This document shows, in pieces, positions 25,501-38,900 of a stretch of DNA of 64,000 nt. The notes beneath the pieces are model-generated. The model made no database searches and was not told the DNA's origin. It worked only from the letters and a program-made list of their open reading frames with translations. Source of the stretch: Klebsormidium nitens (taxonomy: Eukaryota; Plantae; Klebsormidiophyceae); the NCBI GenBank assembly GCA_000708835.1, contig DF237258.1, positions 41,877-105,876 of the forward strand, read 5' to 3'. How positions within the stretch are numbered: the first letter of the stretch is position 1; each line of letters begins with the position of its first letter. The position numbers and the translations under genes were made by a program.

Positions 25501-28500
25501 CAAACGGGCACTGTCTCAGGTGTCCCCTGAGCTCCCTGCAGGGAAGAATGGACTGGGGCCCTCACCTTGGTGGCCTTTTCTACGGAGGGGCACTGCGCCA
25601 GGAGCTTGGCCGTGTCGGCGGCCGACAGACTGGACGGGACTAGCTGCTCTGCTTCGCACCTTGGAGAAAGAATAAGGCAGCCGTCAGCAGCGACAGAGAC
25701 TCCAAGTAAGCACAAAATTTGACTGAACTCGCTCCAGAGACTTTCATCGACCTTCATCTGTGCTATGATATTCTGAGGGACCTGCTATGCATGCCAAAGA
25801 ATCCTTCCAAGTAAGAACTACTTACCTTAGTAACGAGCACCATGCGTAAAAGGGTACCATGTGGCCAGAAGGTTGCGATATCCGAATTTCATGTGTCACA
25901 GGTTTGTGAAAATGGCAACTTTTCTTGCAACCTGTGCGGGAATGTCCGTAAAAAGCTGATCACGATCTGTGTGGTCAAAACAAGATCGACAAATTCGAAC
26001 ACGGCGAACTCACCAAGTTCCATTGGCAACAGCTTCTTCAACAGCAGCATCCAGTTGACCGACCAACGAGGGGTGCACGAAGACAGTCTCTAAAGGGATC
26101 CCCTCGGCGTACTTGTCTTGCAGGTACTGCTTCGGGTTGGGAATGGCCAGCTTCCGCAACGAGTCGTATGCAATGTGCCCGTTCTGCAAACGACGTTCTC
26201 TTGTTGAAAGATCAGGAGAAGTAATCAGAACGAGAAGAATCAATCTTTGTGCCAAAGCCTACAACATCGAGTGGTTGGAGAAGCAGTACTCGGGAACAAG
26301 GCTTAGAGATGGAAAACTAGCGTCGGGCATGCGCCCCAACAAGCATCATATGCGGGAGTGTGCAGTTATAAGTGTAATAAGCAAAGCATTGCCTCCGTGA
26401 GATTAGCGAGCCCTTCCCACTTACTTGTGAGTAGAAGTTCTCCACGCTTTCCCGCTGCGACCTTGAGAACACCTGCCAAACGAAACTACTTCGTTGGTTG
26501 CTCAAAGAGACATTGTGTTTCCGAGCACCTCCTGGCTGATCCTCTACAATCGGACATCCGTGCGACTGGCTCTGAGTCGACCCTCCTCTCCAGTAAGACA
26601 TATGCCGTGACCACCGGATGATGCGTCGATGGACAATTTGCAAGCAAGAAACTCGGCAAGCAGATCGACTCTCGTGAACGTGCTCCCTGTAGGTGCCCAT
26701 CACTCACTGCGGGTGTCCACAGCGTCTTGCCACCACTGAGCGTGCCCTTCAGCTCCCCTTCCGCAATCAACTCCGCCAGCACAGTCGAGTACAGGGAGTC
26801 GCCCCCCACTCCCGCGACGCTCTCCTTATCCTCTCGTTGCTGCAGCCGATGCAGCGAGGCCCACACATCGGGCACGGAGCACGGCACAGTCACGCCTCGC
26901 ATGGCGCCCCGCACCATGGCCTTGATGCGGGCAACGTGGGCGGGCGTGTACAGCATCCCCGAGTCGAGCTTGCCATGGATCTGCGAAACGCATGAAAGCC
27001 CTGCATATCCCGTGGATAAAGATGCAAACACGCCAACCGCTCGCACCGGCAAGGCCAACGAAAGATCTGCCTGGCACAGGACATCGATGCGAAGATACAG
27101 TTTGCAGTAGTCTTGTGAAGCTCATGAGGAAGAGATTTTGAAGAAGTCGGGGGTGCGATTGAACAAGCGACAGCCTCTACGAATATCCTCAGTCACTGCC
27201 ATCGAAACAAAGAAGGGATTCTCGAAGCCAATCTCCAGACAAGTAAGAAATGTTTGAAGGAATGCAGAGACCCGGGATGAGGAGAACTGGTGACACTAAT
27301 CCTGCAGGAAAGTGGAAAGTCGTGTCCTGAAAAGAGGGATGGCTATCTTGGACAGATTGCTGACCTTTGTATCCAGCCTGGCTGTGATAGCGCCCGTGAG
27401 CAGCTCCACTCCCACGTTGAACTGCCGGGCCAGCTCGCCGATCGATACCTGGCCCGTCTCCTGCAGCGACTCATCGATTTCCTCCGCAAGGTTGTCCCAG
27501 TAGCCGGTCGTGAGCAGTTCTCTGAACGTCAAAAGCACCAGTCAGCCAAGCCACCTGGTCGCAACCAAACAGTTCCTCATCATGATCAGCTATTTCCGTT
27601 AAACAACCGACCCCTGATGAACGCTGACATATGATGAACAATTTCCCAGTTTTCCGGTTAGAATACTTCAAAACAACCGATCGGCCCATGCTAACCAGCT
27701 GGCGCCAATTGCTTTGGAATTGCCACCACTTTTTGGCACATCCCGCCAGTAGTTTGCCAGGCCAAGTTCACAGACTCTTACTCCAAAAGCTGGCAGTCTC
27801 GGCAGGCTCTTTACAATGTGTCTCTGTAGTTTTGTACTCACCCTTGCACCAGGCTGGTGTCCGCTTCCTCCGCCACCAAGGCATCGGCCTGCATGGTGTC
27901 AATATGCTCTTAGTTGGTGCTTCCACCACCAAGTGGCACCAGTGTGCAGCTTCTATCACCAACCGCTCGGTCCCCAACTAAAATATTCTCAAGCAGTTCC
28001 TGCTGAAGAGCCTGTCAATCTAGAGTTTGTTTTTGTACCACGTCTATCCTAGTAGGATAGCTGACCTTGGACTGAACCTAAGATCCAGGCTGGCCTTACC
28101 TGTCGCTCAATGTGGAACAGATCGACGCCCAGATTGGTGGCCAGATCCACAAGAGATATGCGGCCCTGCCGGTGCACCTCGCTGGCCATCTCTTTACGCA
28201 GCTGGTTGACCGTAATGTACTCCTATGATAGAACAGGAGCGCACCGTTCAAGCGATCATGCTAGAGAAGAGGAACCACCAAACAGGGGCAACTAATCACC
28301 GGAGGTGGCTGTCACCATTGAATGTACCTTTAGTGGTGATGCACAAGCCTGGAGTCTCATCAGGCATGCTGAGGAGCAGAAAATGAATTTATCAACATGT
28401 GGTCTAGAAGATGTAAGCATCGTATAGGCGCAGGAAAAAGGCTCCTCAATTCAGTCTTCCGGAGGTTTCTCACCTTGCCATTGACAGTGTGCAACAGATC

Positions 28501-28794
28501 ATCACCTAGGAGGCCCAATTGCTTCAACTTGTTCACCTGCATGTGGACAGACCAGCGAGATACTTATTAAGCTTTCACAGAAATAGTAGAAGTCTAGCTG
28601 ACAATGAGCAATGAACAACCCCAGACGCAATGCCGTTACATAGAAGCTTCCCTTCAATGTATAATCCTGGTCCTTGCATTCAGAACAGCCTTGCTCACCA
28701 ATTCGATGACATTCCTTTCTGACAGCCGCACGGTTGATTTCACCTCCTGCGCCTGTGAGAAGAGCTCCTGCAGCTTCCGGAGCTCTTCGTCCAT
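22545..28794 (-). CDS. UFL1: E3 UFM1-protein ligase 1; 14 exons
   Basis: Exons 28794-28699, 28536-28474, 28222-28100, 27888-27842, 27521-27365, 26980-26708, 26472-26425, 26183-26014, 25659-25566, 25239-24774, 24432-24094, 23778-23570, 23227-23087 and 22736-22545. Diagnostic segments: [115 protein letters not shown]. Confidence 0.96.
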
Positions 28795-29642
28795 CTTGAC
28801 CCGCTAATCAGCTCGTTACAATAGGTTCTGCCCTTTTTAATAGAAAGTGAGAAGGGCGCCTGAATGGTGCTCCTTTTTTATACCTCTAAAACACCTTCAT
28901 TACGTCCAAACGACCGTCACTTGTATAGTCTTGTCTCATTGCAGTACATAAACCTTGAGCAAAGCGCGACTCGCCTTCATCCTCGGGAAGCGCAGCATGG
29001 ACCTGAAGTCTAAGAACAGAAAGTTGAAGCAATGACATTGAAGGAACAACAAGGAAGCATCATGTGGGCTGCACGCGTATACGCTAGCTGTATTGCGCAT
29101 CCCCCCTTACCCAGTAACTAGGTTGAAGTCCAAGGCGCAGGATCTCGATTCCCGTTACAATTACCGCTGGGCTGCCAACCATTACCCTACACTTCCGACG
29201 AAGTTGAGAGAGTGCGCCTCGTGCCAATTGGCAGTTCATACAGTCCCATTGGAGCTTGTCCTAGTGTTTTGAATTTGTGCGCAGCACTCCCCATTGGCAT
29301 GCCAAGCCAGGAAAACTTTAATTTGCCCCTTCGAGCTATACACTACAATTGTTCCTTTCTTTTACTACCCTCAATTGCCTCAACTAAAGATTGCGGTTTC
29401 TGGGGGTGGTAATCTACTATTAGATAGCGTTGTGTTAGAAGGTGGGAAAATAGTTCGAGGCTACCCAGTTTACGCGCATACTTTCGCGCATACTGTTAAG
29501 GAGCTTTGCATTAGATTGTGGCGAGTGAGATAGAAATTTGCTGCACCCGTTGCGCTCACGACTTTAGAAGAAGAGAGAACTGATAGAAAGGAGGGTAGTG
29601 CTCATCGTCACTTGTGGGCAGGCTTTGTTTCGAGCCGCAGCC

Positions 29643-30771
29643 ATGGCGTCCACCAAAGTGCAGCGTATTATGACCCAGCCCATTGTGAGCTGCCCTCTTA
29701 GAAGATTCTTCAACATGGAATCTACAAAGGCAGGATGAGCAACAACTATTGTCTTGCGAGATCAAGTATTGCTTGCTCTGCCGCTCAGTCCCATGGTGCT
29801 GACTTGTCAATAAGAATTGCAGTCGATCGCTACTGTGGGACTAAGAATATTGCTTTTCTTCTGTTGCAGAATTTGATTTTCCGTTTTTTGCAAAGCAAAG
29901 CGCGGATTCAAATCTGGTTGTTCGAACAGAGCGATCTCAGAATCGAGGGGCGAATCATCGTAAGCAGCTGCCCCTTTCACCTCCTTTCGTTCATTGTTTG
30001 TTGCCCTTCGATCGCCATCGCTTAACTGCCCGCCCGCTCTTTCGCCTCTCCAACGGTGATGCCTGATACCTGGTTTATGGTCCACGACAAGGTGCATGTT
30101 TGTTGGAAGCGCGCTGATACATACATGTCAGGTCTTTGAGCTGATTCATTGTCCAATCAAGTGACTAGAAAGGGCATCTGTTTGATAGTTTCTGTGAACT
30201 TTTTGTCCATATGTATCTGGCCTTGCTTATCAAGAAACCCCTCAAGGCTCCTGTCTTTCTGATCCCTGCAGGGTTTCGACGAGTACATGAACTTGGTTCT
30301 TGACGATGCTGAGGAGGTTTCAGTAAAGAGGAAAACAAGGAAGTCTCTAGGTACTGTCCAATCGCTGCACCCACTACCCATCTGCTTTCTACCCTGCTGT
30401 GTATCTTACTTCAAAGTAGACCTGCTCAAGTGCTGAGTTGTAATGCGCTGTTGCGTTTGACCGTCTCCTGCTTTTTGCAGCACTATGAAGGTTCACAACC
30501 TGCTCTGGCTTCTGTTTGGATTTGTCAGGTTAGCTGACTACAGGCGCTACATTTATGCAGGACGGATACTGCTCAAGGGGGATAACATAACACTCATGCA
30601 AAACATGTGAGTATCACTTTCCTTCTAAAGGTATCTGTTGTCCACACCCCTGGCAGCGAATCCTTTCATCCTTCATTTTTTGCTCACTCTGAAGCAGCTT
30701 GTGCGGCATGTTCCTTGCCACTTGTGTTTTCTCAAAGACATGGTTTGTTGCCCCTTTGCAGAGGAAAGTAG
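29643..30771 (+). CDS. SNRPE: Small nuclear ribonucleoprotein Sm E; 5 exons, 88 aa
   Basis: Exons 29643-29684, 29870-29959, 30272-30350, 30561-30606 and 30762-30771 give [88 protein letters not shown], with Sm1 and Sm2 motifs. Confidence 0.97.
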
Positions 30772-31695
30772 GGGCATAAAAGTGGGTTCAAGTCGGTGCT
30801 GGGAAACAAGAAAGTATACTCGCAAATTTTTATCTGTTCTGCACGATATCATAAAGGAAACTATTGAGGCTTGTGAATTTCTGTAAGCAAGCCCATCGCG
30901 TCATGGACCGAAGCAGGTCCGAAGTTCCTTTACATACGATGCACTATTGAGTAGTGAGAGGCGTGATAGGGGGCCCCATGACCAGATTGATCGTTGCTTT
31001 CGAATGACCTGCGAGTATGATTTCAAGTTCTTTCCCTTTCATCAGGACGTACCTTGCTTTGATCCGATTAACATGTGATGTCGACAGTACCTAGCCCGGG
31101 CCGTACCGCATGGAATCCCTCTAAAGTGAATACATGAACTCTACAGCATGCAAACACATGATTGCGGGTCTCGCGTACCTGTCATTTTGAAGCTCGATTT
31201 TTATTCTTTGGAGTCGATACAGTTCGAAGTTGACCTGCGGCTTATGACATGACGAAGCTCATATAATGACTAGCGGCTAAATGTGCAATGAAGTGACTGC
31301 AGCACATGCACATGTCTAGTGATACCTATTCCGATATAACGGGCTCGTGCAGTGACCATGCCAAGCATGCACAACCAGTGGTCATGCGCATACATGGCCT
31401 TCAATTGAATCCGATAATTTGTGTAAGTACAGTCATCTACGCTGGGCCGGCTGTGCTAGGGTCTAGGCATCTTTTTCGTATGATCATACGTGCATGTCGG
31501 ATTAGCAGTAGTTGGATGCATGCAACCAGAGTAATAGCTCTATCAAACCTCTATCAAACGTACAAGGGCCAACAGTGAAATGGTACCTCACTTCGATCCA
31601 CGTATCGCCAATGCAAATGAACACTCAAGATCACAATCCATGCACAAACGCCCGCCAAGCTACTCAAACGTTCCCTTACAACACGATTGAACGCA

Positions 31696-33431
31696 TCATT
31701 GTATTTGCTGCCCTGTTATTTGTCCTTGCTTCAGCCATCCCCATCCTTCACGGATTAGGAAGAACAGGAATCGAAGAGCAAGAAACGAGCTCGCTAGCAT
31801 AAGATACAAATTGTTGGACGCCCAGATGGACGGCTGAAACGTCCACCGATAAGGACAAGTTTCTTCCTGCACCGCCCTATGATGGTAAGCAGTAAGATCG
31901 GGGCACATTTGAGAGCCGGAATCTACCTCAGGAGTCGACAAGCGGTCAAAGAGCGCCAAGTTGGCTTCGCAGTGGTCCGTCTTCGGCCGAGCAACCGGAT
32001 TGTATCCTGCAAACAAGTCGACACATAATCTAAGCAATCAGCCGGGAGTGAATGTTTTAGGAAGGTAAAGGCAGAAAGATGGAGACCTCCTGGGCGCCAA
32101 AATCCGACATCTGTGGGAACCACAAGCTGGAGATCTCCAACGGCCATGTTAAGAGCTTCTTCAATTGACTCTCTCTAAGAGACGCTTTTCACCTGTTGTA
32201 GTCGTGATCATCTCCACCAGGGTTTCGAGCTCTCTCGACCCAGTAAATTTGGACCTATGATTCTTGGAGTAGATGAAGAAGAGGGGGAACGAGTAGACAC
32301 CATATCTCGAGAGGGCGCTGCAAGAAGAGGAACGTTGCTTTGTTCTCTGATAAGACGTCTCGTGCATCTGGTTGTTCCTGTGTTGGCGCCTCGGCCAGGC
32401 AGCATGAAGATCGCTGCGAAGCTTGCTATCCACCACTCTTGCAGAATTTCATTTGAGAGTGTTCAGCGACAAGAAGACGTGGTCGGCATCACGCAAGTGC
32501 TCATACAACCATGCTTCGTCCAGCTGTACAAACTCAGGGTGCATTTCTCTGACAGCCTTGTTTCCCACAGACGTACTTGACGAAGGCATCTGTGTATATG
32601 ACGTGCCAATTTGTTGACTGAGCAACTCAATTGGCACAGGCACACAGATGCTGGGCAAGAAACAGATGAACACACCTGGGCTTGACAGCTCTCTCTTCCA
32701 CTGCAACTAGAGGGAACTGGGGGAAGAGCTCCGGCAGAGTGCGAACCAGTGGGAACAGCTGCTGGGAGAAGGGACACCAACGGGCATAGAAGAAGACCCC
32801 TAGGAACAAGTCATCTCTCTTACGAACTTCTTCAAGTAGCAGGCTAAGTGTGGTGCCATTGATCTGCACAAGGAACATCAGGCCACTCAAATCAGCTCGC
32901 TCAAGGATGCTCAAGCTGAAGAATCGTTCACTTGGAATGCTCGTACAAGTCTCAGTGAGTCAATTGGGGGAATAAATCCTTCTTTCAGCAGCAGAACTGT
33001 AGTCACAGAATCAAGTCAAATTGCTGCAGCCATTGTGCATAAGCCTTTCTTTCCATTGCAGACTACATATACCTTCTCTTTCTTTCTGTTGTTGATCTTA
33101 GAATTCTTTTCCTGCTTCTAGAAGACAGTTCTGAAAAAGTTCTTCGGGATGTTCTGGCTGACTCTTAGGGGGTGCATTGCCCTACCTCGTGGAGACCTGG
33201 TTCTGTGAGGATAGCCTGCTTAAACGCATCCGTATCTTCCAGTGCACTTTCAGGTCCCTTCCCAGAGTCATTGACTGCTTCGGCTGGTGTGGGAGCTGAC
33301 TCGTTGACCATCAAGCCAGCAATTGATGTGGCCGCTTCACTGATTTCCGCAGTCTGCTCAACATCAGGTTTCCCAGCTGTTACAATAGGAATCACGAGTA
33401 AGAGAACGAGCGACAACTTCTGTACGAGCAT
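31696..33431 (-). CDS. Secretory-pathway thioredoxin-like membrane protein (APR-like 4/5/7, TXNDC15-type; WCPFS site)
   Basis: Exons 33431-33186, 32863-32676, 32317-32193 and 32006-31696 (the last may contain an extra intron). Signal peptide MLVQKLSLVLLLVIPIVTA; thioredoxin fold VFFYARWCPFSQQL...SALSRYGVYSFPLFFIY...KFTGSRELETLV; C-terminal ETCPYRW...LYLMLASSFLALRFLFFLI TM, as in plant APRL proteins. Confidence 0.85.
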
Positions 33432-34245
33432 TTTAGACAACCTCAATTTGCTTTCTTGCCTGAATCAGGTCGACCGTGTGAAAATGCTCCAGACACAAGG
33501 GAAGATACAGCAATGGTGGTATGTTGCTGAAGCTCTGCCTACGGCAACGCGGCAGAGTATTGAGCCTGCCGCGAGTGGGAGGGTGTCTCCAAGCGCCCAA
33601 GCTGAACGAAGATTGCCACTGCTTCTCTTCTTTCAAAGTTTCTTCAAAAAGTCACTGCTTGTGCTAGATTGCATGCGGCTTCACACGGAAGACAGCTACT
33701 GGCAGTGGCAGCTGCTGAGAACAACCAAAATTCAGAATCAAGAGAAGCAAGGACTAGCTTTGCCTGGCCAATTTGGTTAGCACCTTAACTGCCGCAGCAC
33801 TTATTAGGGTTCGATATCTGCCGGCGACATCCATAGGTAGCGGTTGTCTGGTCGCGTCATTGGAGAGCTGAACTTCTTGGCAGCGCTGTGGCGATCGACC
33901 AGTGTTGCATGATCCGCCGGAGACTTGCCGGTTGTCAATGGCGCGGTGGTTTTTGCATGGGTTAGATTAACGACGGCAGCCAGTCGCCGCATGTACCGTA
34001 GCCTGCACGTAGGTCTGTATTTTCTGCAAGAATCCAAGATCCATCTAGCTTCAGACTTTCAAATTCTAGCTAGAGCTGATTGCAGCCTGCCTCGAGCTCA
34101 GCTGGTCTTATTTTGGGTAAGTCCGTCTAGGTATGCTGTCTGTCTCCCTTCCGAGCTGATTGCAGCAGCTTTTAAGGGAACAGTATAGATCACTGTCTTT
34201 GCTCTTGCCTCACTTTGTCCGCGGGTCGTTTTGGACAACCTCATC

Positions 34246-35016
34246 ATGGCCGAAGGTGATGCACATGCGGACCTGAGTGCACATCAGCGGCTAGAAATGA
34301 TTGGACTGCCTGCAAACCTGCTTCCCCCTAATGTAGCCAGCTACACATACTCAGAGATCGATGGAAGCTTTGAGGTATGTTTTACACACGAGGTGGTCAC
34401 AGAGATTGCAAACGAGGACGTCAAGTAAGTTGCTACAATTTTTATCTTTGTCCATTTCTATCTTTTCTCAGAACTTGTTTGATGCAAGGTTAAAACTGTC
34501 TTGTGAAAAGGAGGCTGTTGGCTTGTCATGACTGATCAAAGATTGGAATCATTTGTTGAGTCGATGTCACAACGATTCCCAAAATGGCACCGTGCAAACT
34601 GGGTGACTCTTCCAGCATCTGGTGTAGAGACTGGTTGCCCATTAGTGGGCCGGTGAATGATTGTGTACTTGAAGAATCTGGAGCCAGGTTTAACTTTTCC
34701 ATACTGTGTTTCTGGAGGAAACTTTAAACTTCACTTATAACTACTGGATAGGTACTATAAACTGGTTCAAGGTAGTCATATCTTGAAAAGCTAAGTGCCT
34801 TCCTGCACTTGCAGATTTGAGGAGGTGATTAAGGGTAAGATGACAGAGCTCGCGCTATTTGATCTTTTAGGTGTGAAAACGAAACAGTTTTTCTGGTTGA
34901 CAATAGGCGCGATCACTAGGCCCGCACGTGATTCTGAAAAGATCTATTTCAAGGTAGGCCCGCTGAAATCAGGGATTCCAGTGTCTGCCTTCAAAGACCC
35001 CATCAAAGTATCGTAG
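34246..35016 (+). CDS. DUF538 family protein; 2 exons
   Basis: Exons 34246-34424 and 34815-35016. LEMIGLPANLLPPNVASYTYSEIDGSFEVCF...FEEVIKGKMTELALFDLLGVKTKQFFWLTIGAI...IYFKVGPLKSGIPVSAF matches the DUF538 pattern (GLPxGLLP, GVKxKxxFW). Confidence 0.85.
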
Positions 35017-35911
35017 ACCATGTTGTGTGGATCATGTAACAGGATCCACTTCGATTTCGTTTTCTACCGCAACATATATTCGAGCTAGCCAGCAGAACTG
35101 AAGATCTGAGTTGATCTCCGTTGATCCAATTGTTCTCTGAGGCCAAGACGAGCTACTTTCCAGCTCTTTCAAAGATATCGAGGAGCCACGTCTTGAGCAA
35201 GAGAAGGTTCTCAGTTAGATTGGCAGCTTCGAAGTGAAGCCCTGACTTTAAGAGGAATTTTAGCAACTGCATGTATATTAGTATTCAGCAAAGGCGATTG
35301 GACATGTAGATCGGCTATAGGTATTGGGACAGTCCTTGCTGCATGGCATGGACATGGTTGTTGATTAGAGTATTCTCTTGGATCTTCTTTTGCAACTTGC
35401 ATCTCTTACAGTGTGTACGAATGCATGCACTGAAGCATGTCATGATCGACTCATGATCGACTATGTTGCACTCCCTATGATTGCAATCATAGGAAGTGCA
35501 ACATGCTTTACTCACCACTGACCATACCAGGCATGGCTGAGGGAATTGCGCCAACGTTCGGCCTCGCATGCTCAAGTGCAGAGCTGCTACATGTGACTTC
35601 CGATATTAGCGCGCAGTCGGCTCAACTCACCATCAGTGTGACATGCAAAGGGGTTTGAATCTGGTCGTGTCGTCTCCTGGTCTCTTGACCGCAGTCCATT
35701 TTCTGATTGAGGTCCGGATTTGATAGTCAATATGCTTTCCAATCACTTATTCATTTTGCATGCACTGAGGTGCGCAATCTGCAAAGACCCTCTGTGCAGA
35801 ACATCCACGAACAGCAATCACCTCGCATGGCTTGGTCTCTTTTAGCGCAATTCTCGCTTGCAGCTTTCAATGGCATCACTCGAATGTCGATCCGTTCCTC
35901 AGCATGAGACG

Positions 35912-38900
35912 CTATGCAGCTCCAGCCACCAGCTTGTCCGCTTCCGATGCCAGCTCATGTGCCCTTTCCCCTAATCGCACATCCAACCCAAGACCCAGAT
36001 TCGGTTGCGGCTCCTCACACTGCGGCAGAGGAGCTTGCAACAAGAGGGGCGACTGGCTTGGAGCCAACACCGGAGGAGGAGAATCCAGAACCTCCTCAGG
36101 AAGAACGGGAAGGGACTGTGCCAAAACGGCCTCCAAAGTCTGCAAAAGTCGAGAGACAAACGGACTGATGAGAAGGAAGGGACACGATCTGTCACATTCC
36201 GATTGATGTCGCTAGACCGAGCGATGCAGGCAAAAGCCTTCGATGACCGTTCAGTTGCCAGAGAAAGCAGTCCATCTGGAGATAGATGAGATGCAGAGTC
36301 TCAGAAAGGAGGTCGAAGGACGCCGCTGCACTCACTTTGTGTTCTCGAAGAGCAGCATCGACGCTCTTCTTCCACAGCGAGCAGTTTCTTTCTCCGTGAA
36401 AGAGATTGAGTAAGGGCTGCAGATAACAAGGGCACTAGTGAGAACTCCTGTTGATACTTCACCAAGGCTCGACAGAACCAACCTAACGCATTCAGCGACA
36501 CCCCCGCAACGGTCCACAACAGTACAGCTTCACACATTCTGTGCTCATTAGGGGGAATACCCTGAAGCGCCACGAGATCGTGCTCGTTTCAGCCGAACCG
36601 CTTCAAAGAGATGCAGGGGATAAAGGTCTTTCGCTAAATCGCGAAAGGTCGCCCGGCTTGCCTTCATCAGCTGCCGAGCGGAGGGCAGGCCAGGTTTGTC
36701 CCTCCCCACAGCGGACTTCGCATACTCGAGGTACTGCTCAATCAACTGCAACCAGGACGAGATGATCAATCCGTCGAACTCCCAACGATGATAAGGAGAC
36801 GCTTTACCAAACCTCACGGGCCAGCTTACTTCCAACAACCGCCCCTGCTGTTGGGCTCGAAGTCGTGTCAAAGAGCATTCCAAGCATGACCGGAAGATTA
36901 AAGTCGACTTCTCACTTCCTTACAACCAACTCGAAGCTCCTGTTAAGCGACCATGAGTTGGCCACTGTGGCTTCGAATTTGCCTGGCGCAGTCGCCAAGC
37001 GTAGGTGTCCCAAGTCTAATGCAGACTCTGATCAGGATGCTCAGAAGCAATCCACAAAGAAGGGCACTCACATGCCGCCTGCTCCTGCACGGGTTCTCCA
37101 CTCCGAACAGTGCCCTGTCTGCATCCGCCAGCGCTGTCCACGGCTTGTCCACCGCAGCCCTGCCCACCATAATCCCCTCTATGTTGCTAAACCCCAGCTC
37201 CCGTGCTTCCGCATAAGTGGCGGCTGCGTCATGACACCCCTTGAATACACCGTTGACCGTGAACCTGAGGTGCGGGAAGTCGCGAGCAAGCGCCAGCGCG
37301 TACTCTCGCCTCAGAGGGGGAATTGTGCGGTTCTGGGCGGGGCTAAGGCCCTTGAGGAACGCTTTCCTGGCGTGAATGATGAAGTGACGGACGGGGGAGT
37401 TCTCAGAGACGACGCGGATGAAGTGGCAGAGCCAGTCGTAGGTGTCGAAATCGTCAACGCCAATCCGGCACTTGACGGTGACGGGCAAGCCGCTGGCCTC
37501 GGCCATTGCGGACGTGCATGCGGCCACACGATGGGGGTCTTGCATGAGCTGCGCCCCGAAACAGCCGGCACCGGCGACCCTTTCCGAAGGGCACCCGGTG
37601 TTCAGATTAAGCTCTGTATACCTGCAAATAAATCAGACATGGTTGGTGCCTGCTGGCGCTTCAAGACACTCGTTGCCCAAGGTCGGAAGGAAACAAACTT
37701 CGAGACGAACAGGAGTAATTGGTACACTGATAGGAAGTGATTCCCAGATGCCGATCAAACGTAGTTTGAGGAGAAGCACCTTGGAACCAATCGTTTTCAG
37801 AACACAATGGTAGCAGTAAACGGGATTCAATGAGAAACTGGATTGCTCAGGAACCACGTTCAACTCAAACGAACTCGGGCAGACCCCAGGAAAGCAGTAG
37901 AACCCCGGCAAATTGGAGAAAGAACTTTGTAGTGTACCGGTGGTACTGTGGAGCTTGAGTTATCAACTGCGTCAAGTGCTGACATTATGCTTGACATCAA
38001 GGACAAAATGATCGATGACAAAACGTTTTCAGCAATCTTCCTCACCCGTATTGCCTTGCCACTTTTGACGCAGCGGCAAGAGTCTCCGGCTTGCTCCCCC
38101 CCAGCTGCAGAACCACGGGCTTCTGACACACGTTGAACTCCAACCACCGGTCCGCTTCTGCACCCACTTTGTGGTTGATGGTACTGTCCACAACCATCTC
38201 CGTCCAGAGCCATGTGCGCCTGGTTAAAAGCCGCGCAAAATACCTGCATGAGGTACGAGTGAGACATGCGGGATTTGCAGATGGTGTCTTTTCATAATCT
38301 CAAAAGGATGATCACACACTGATTGGAGTGGAAAACGTAGACAAGGAGCGAAGAAAGAAAAACAAGAGGGCCAAAACTGACCAATCATGCTGACTACACA
38401 GACGACAACCACTGGGTACTTGAATGTATCGCTCTGTTAGACAAAAAGCAAAGCTTGCATTCCACCAGCCATGATCTTTGTTTAACATTTCGTGAACACC
38501 GAAGATTGGAATCAAGGTTCCAAATATCAGGTTGGTGACAGCTCAAAAAGGAATACCCATGTCCTCACTTATGGTTCTGATACTAAGGGCCTCAAGCCTA
38601 TGAACTTTTTGGCTCTCTCAAGAGCTGCAGCTATTACCTGTAGTGGTTGTCTGTATATTCCATCATGGGCGCAATGCTGAACTTTGGAGGAGGCAGCTGA
38701 CCAGACCCATAATCCTCGGCCGTGCCTATGCCCCTATATGGCCCTGTATAGGAGAGGAGACTTACAATGAGAGCAGCTGCCAGCCAGAAGGCCTCTCTCG
38801 CTTTTGAGAAGAGGGCAAGTCCTAGCTATGTACATAGTCTATGAAATCAGGCTCCTTCAGTTAATGAACAATCCTGAGGATGCTTGACGGGATCTCTAAG

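Noticed and set aside
29430-29470. GTTCGAG B-box/T-loop-like motif
   Set aside because: No T-stem or cloverleaf can be folded; not a tRNA.
36865-37740. 291-aa plus-strand ORF
   Set aside because: Antisense to the conserved dusA exon; no domain features.
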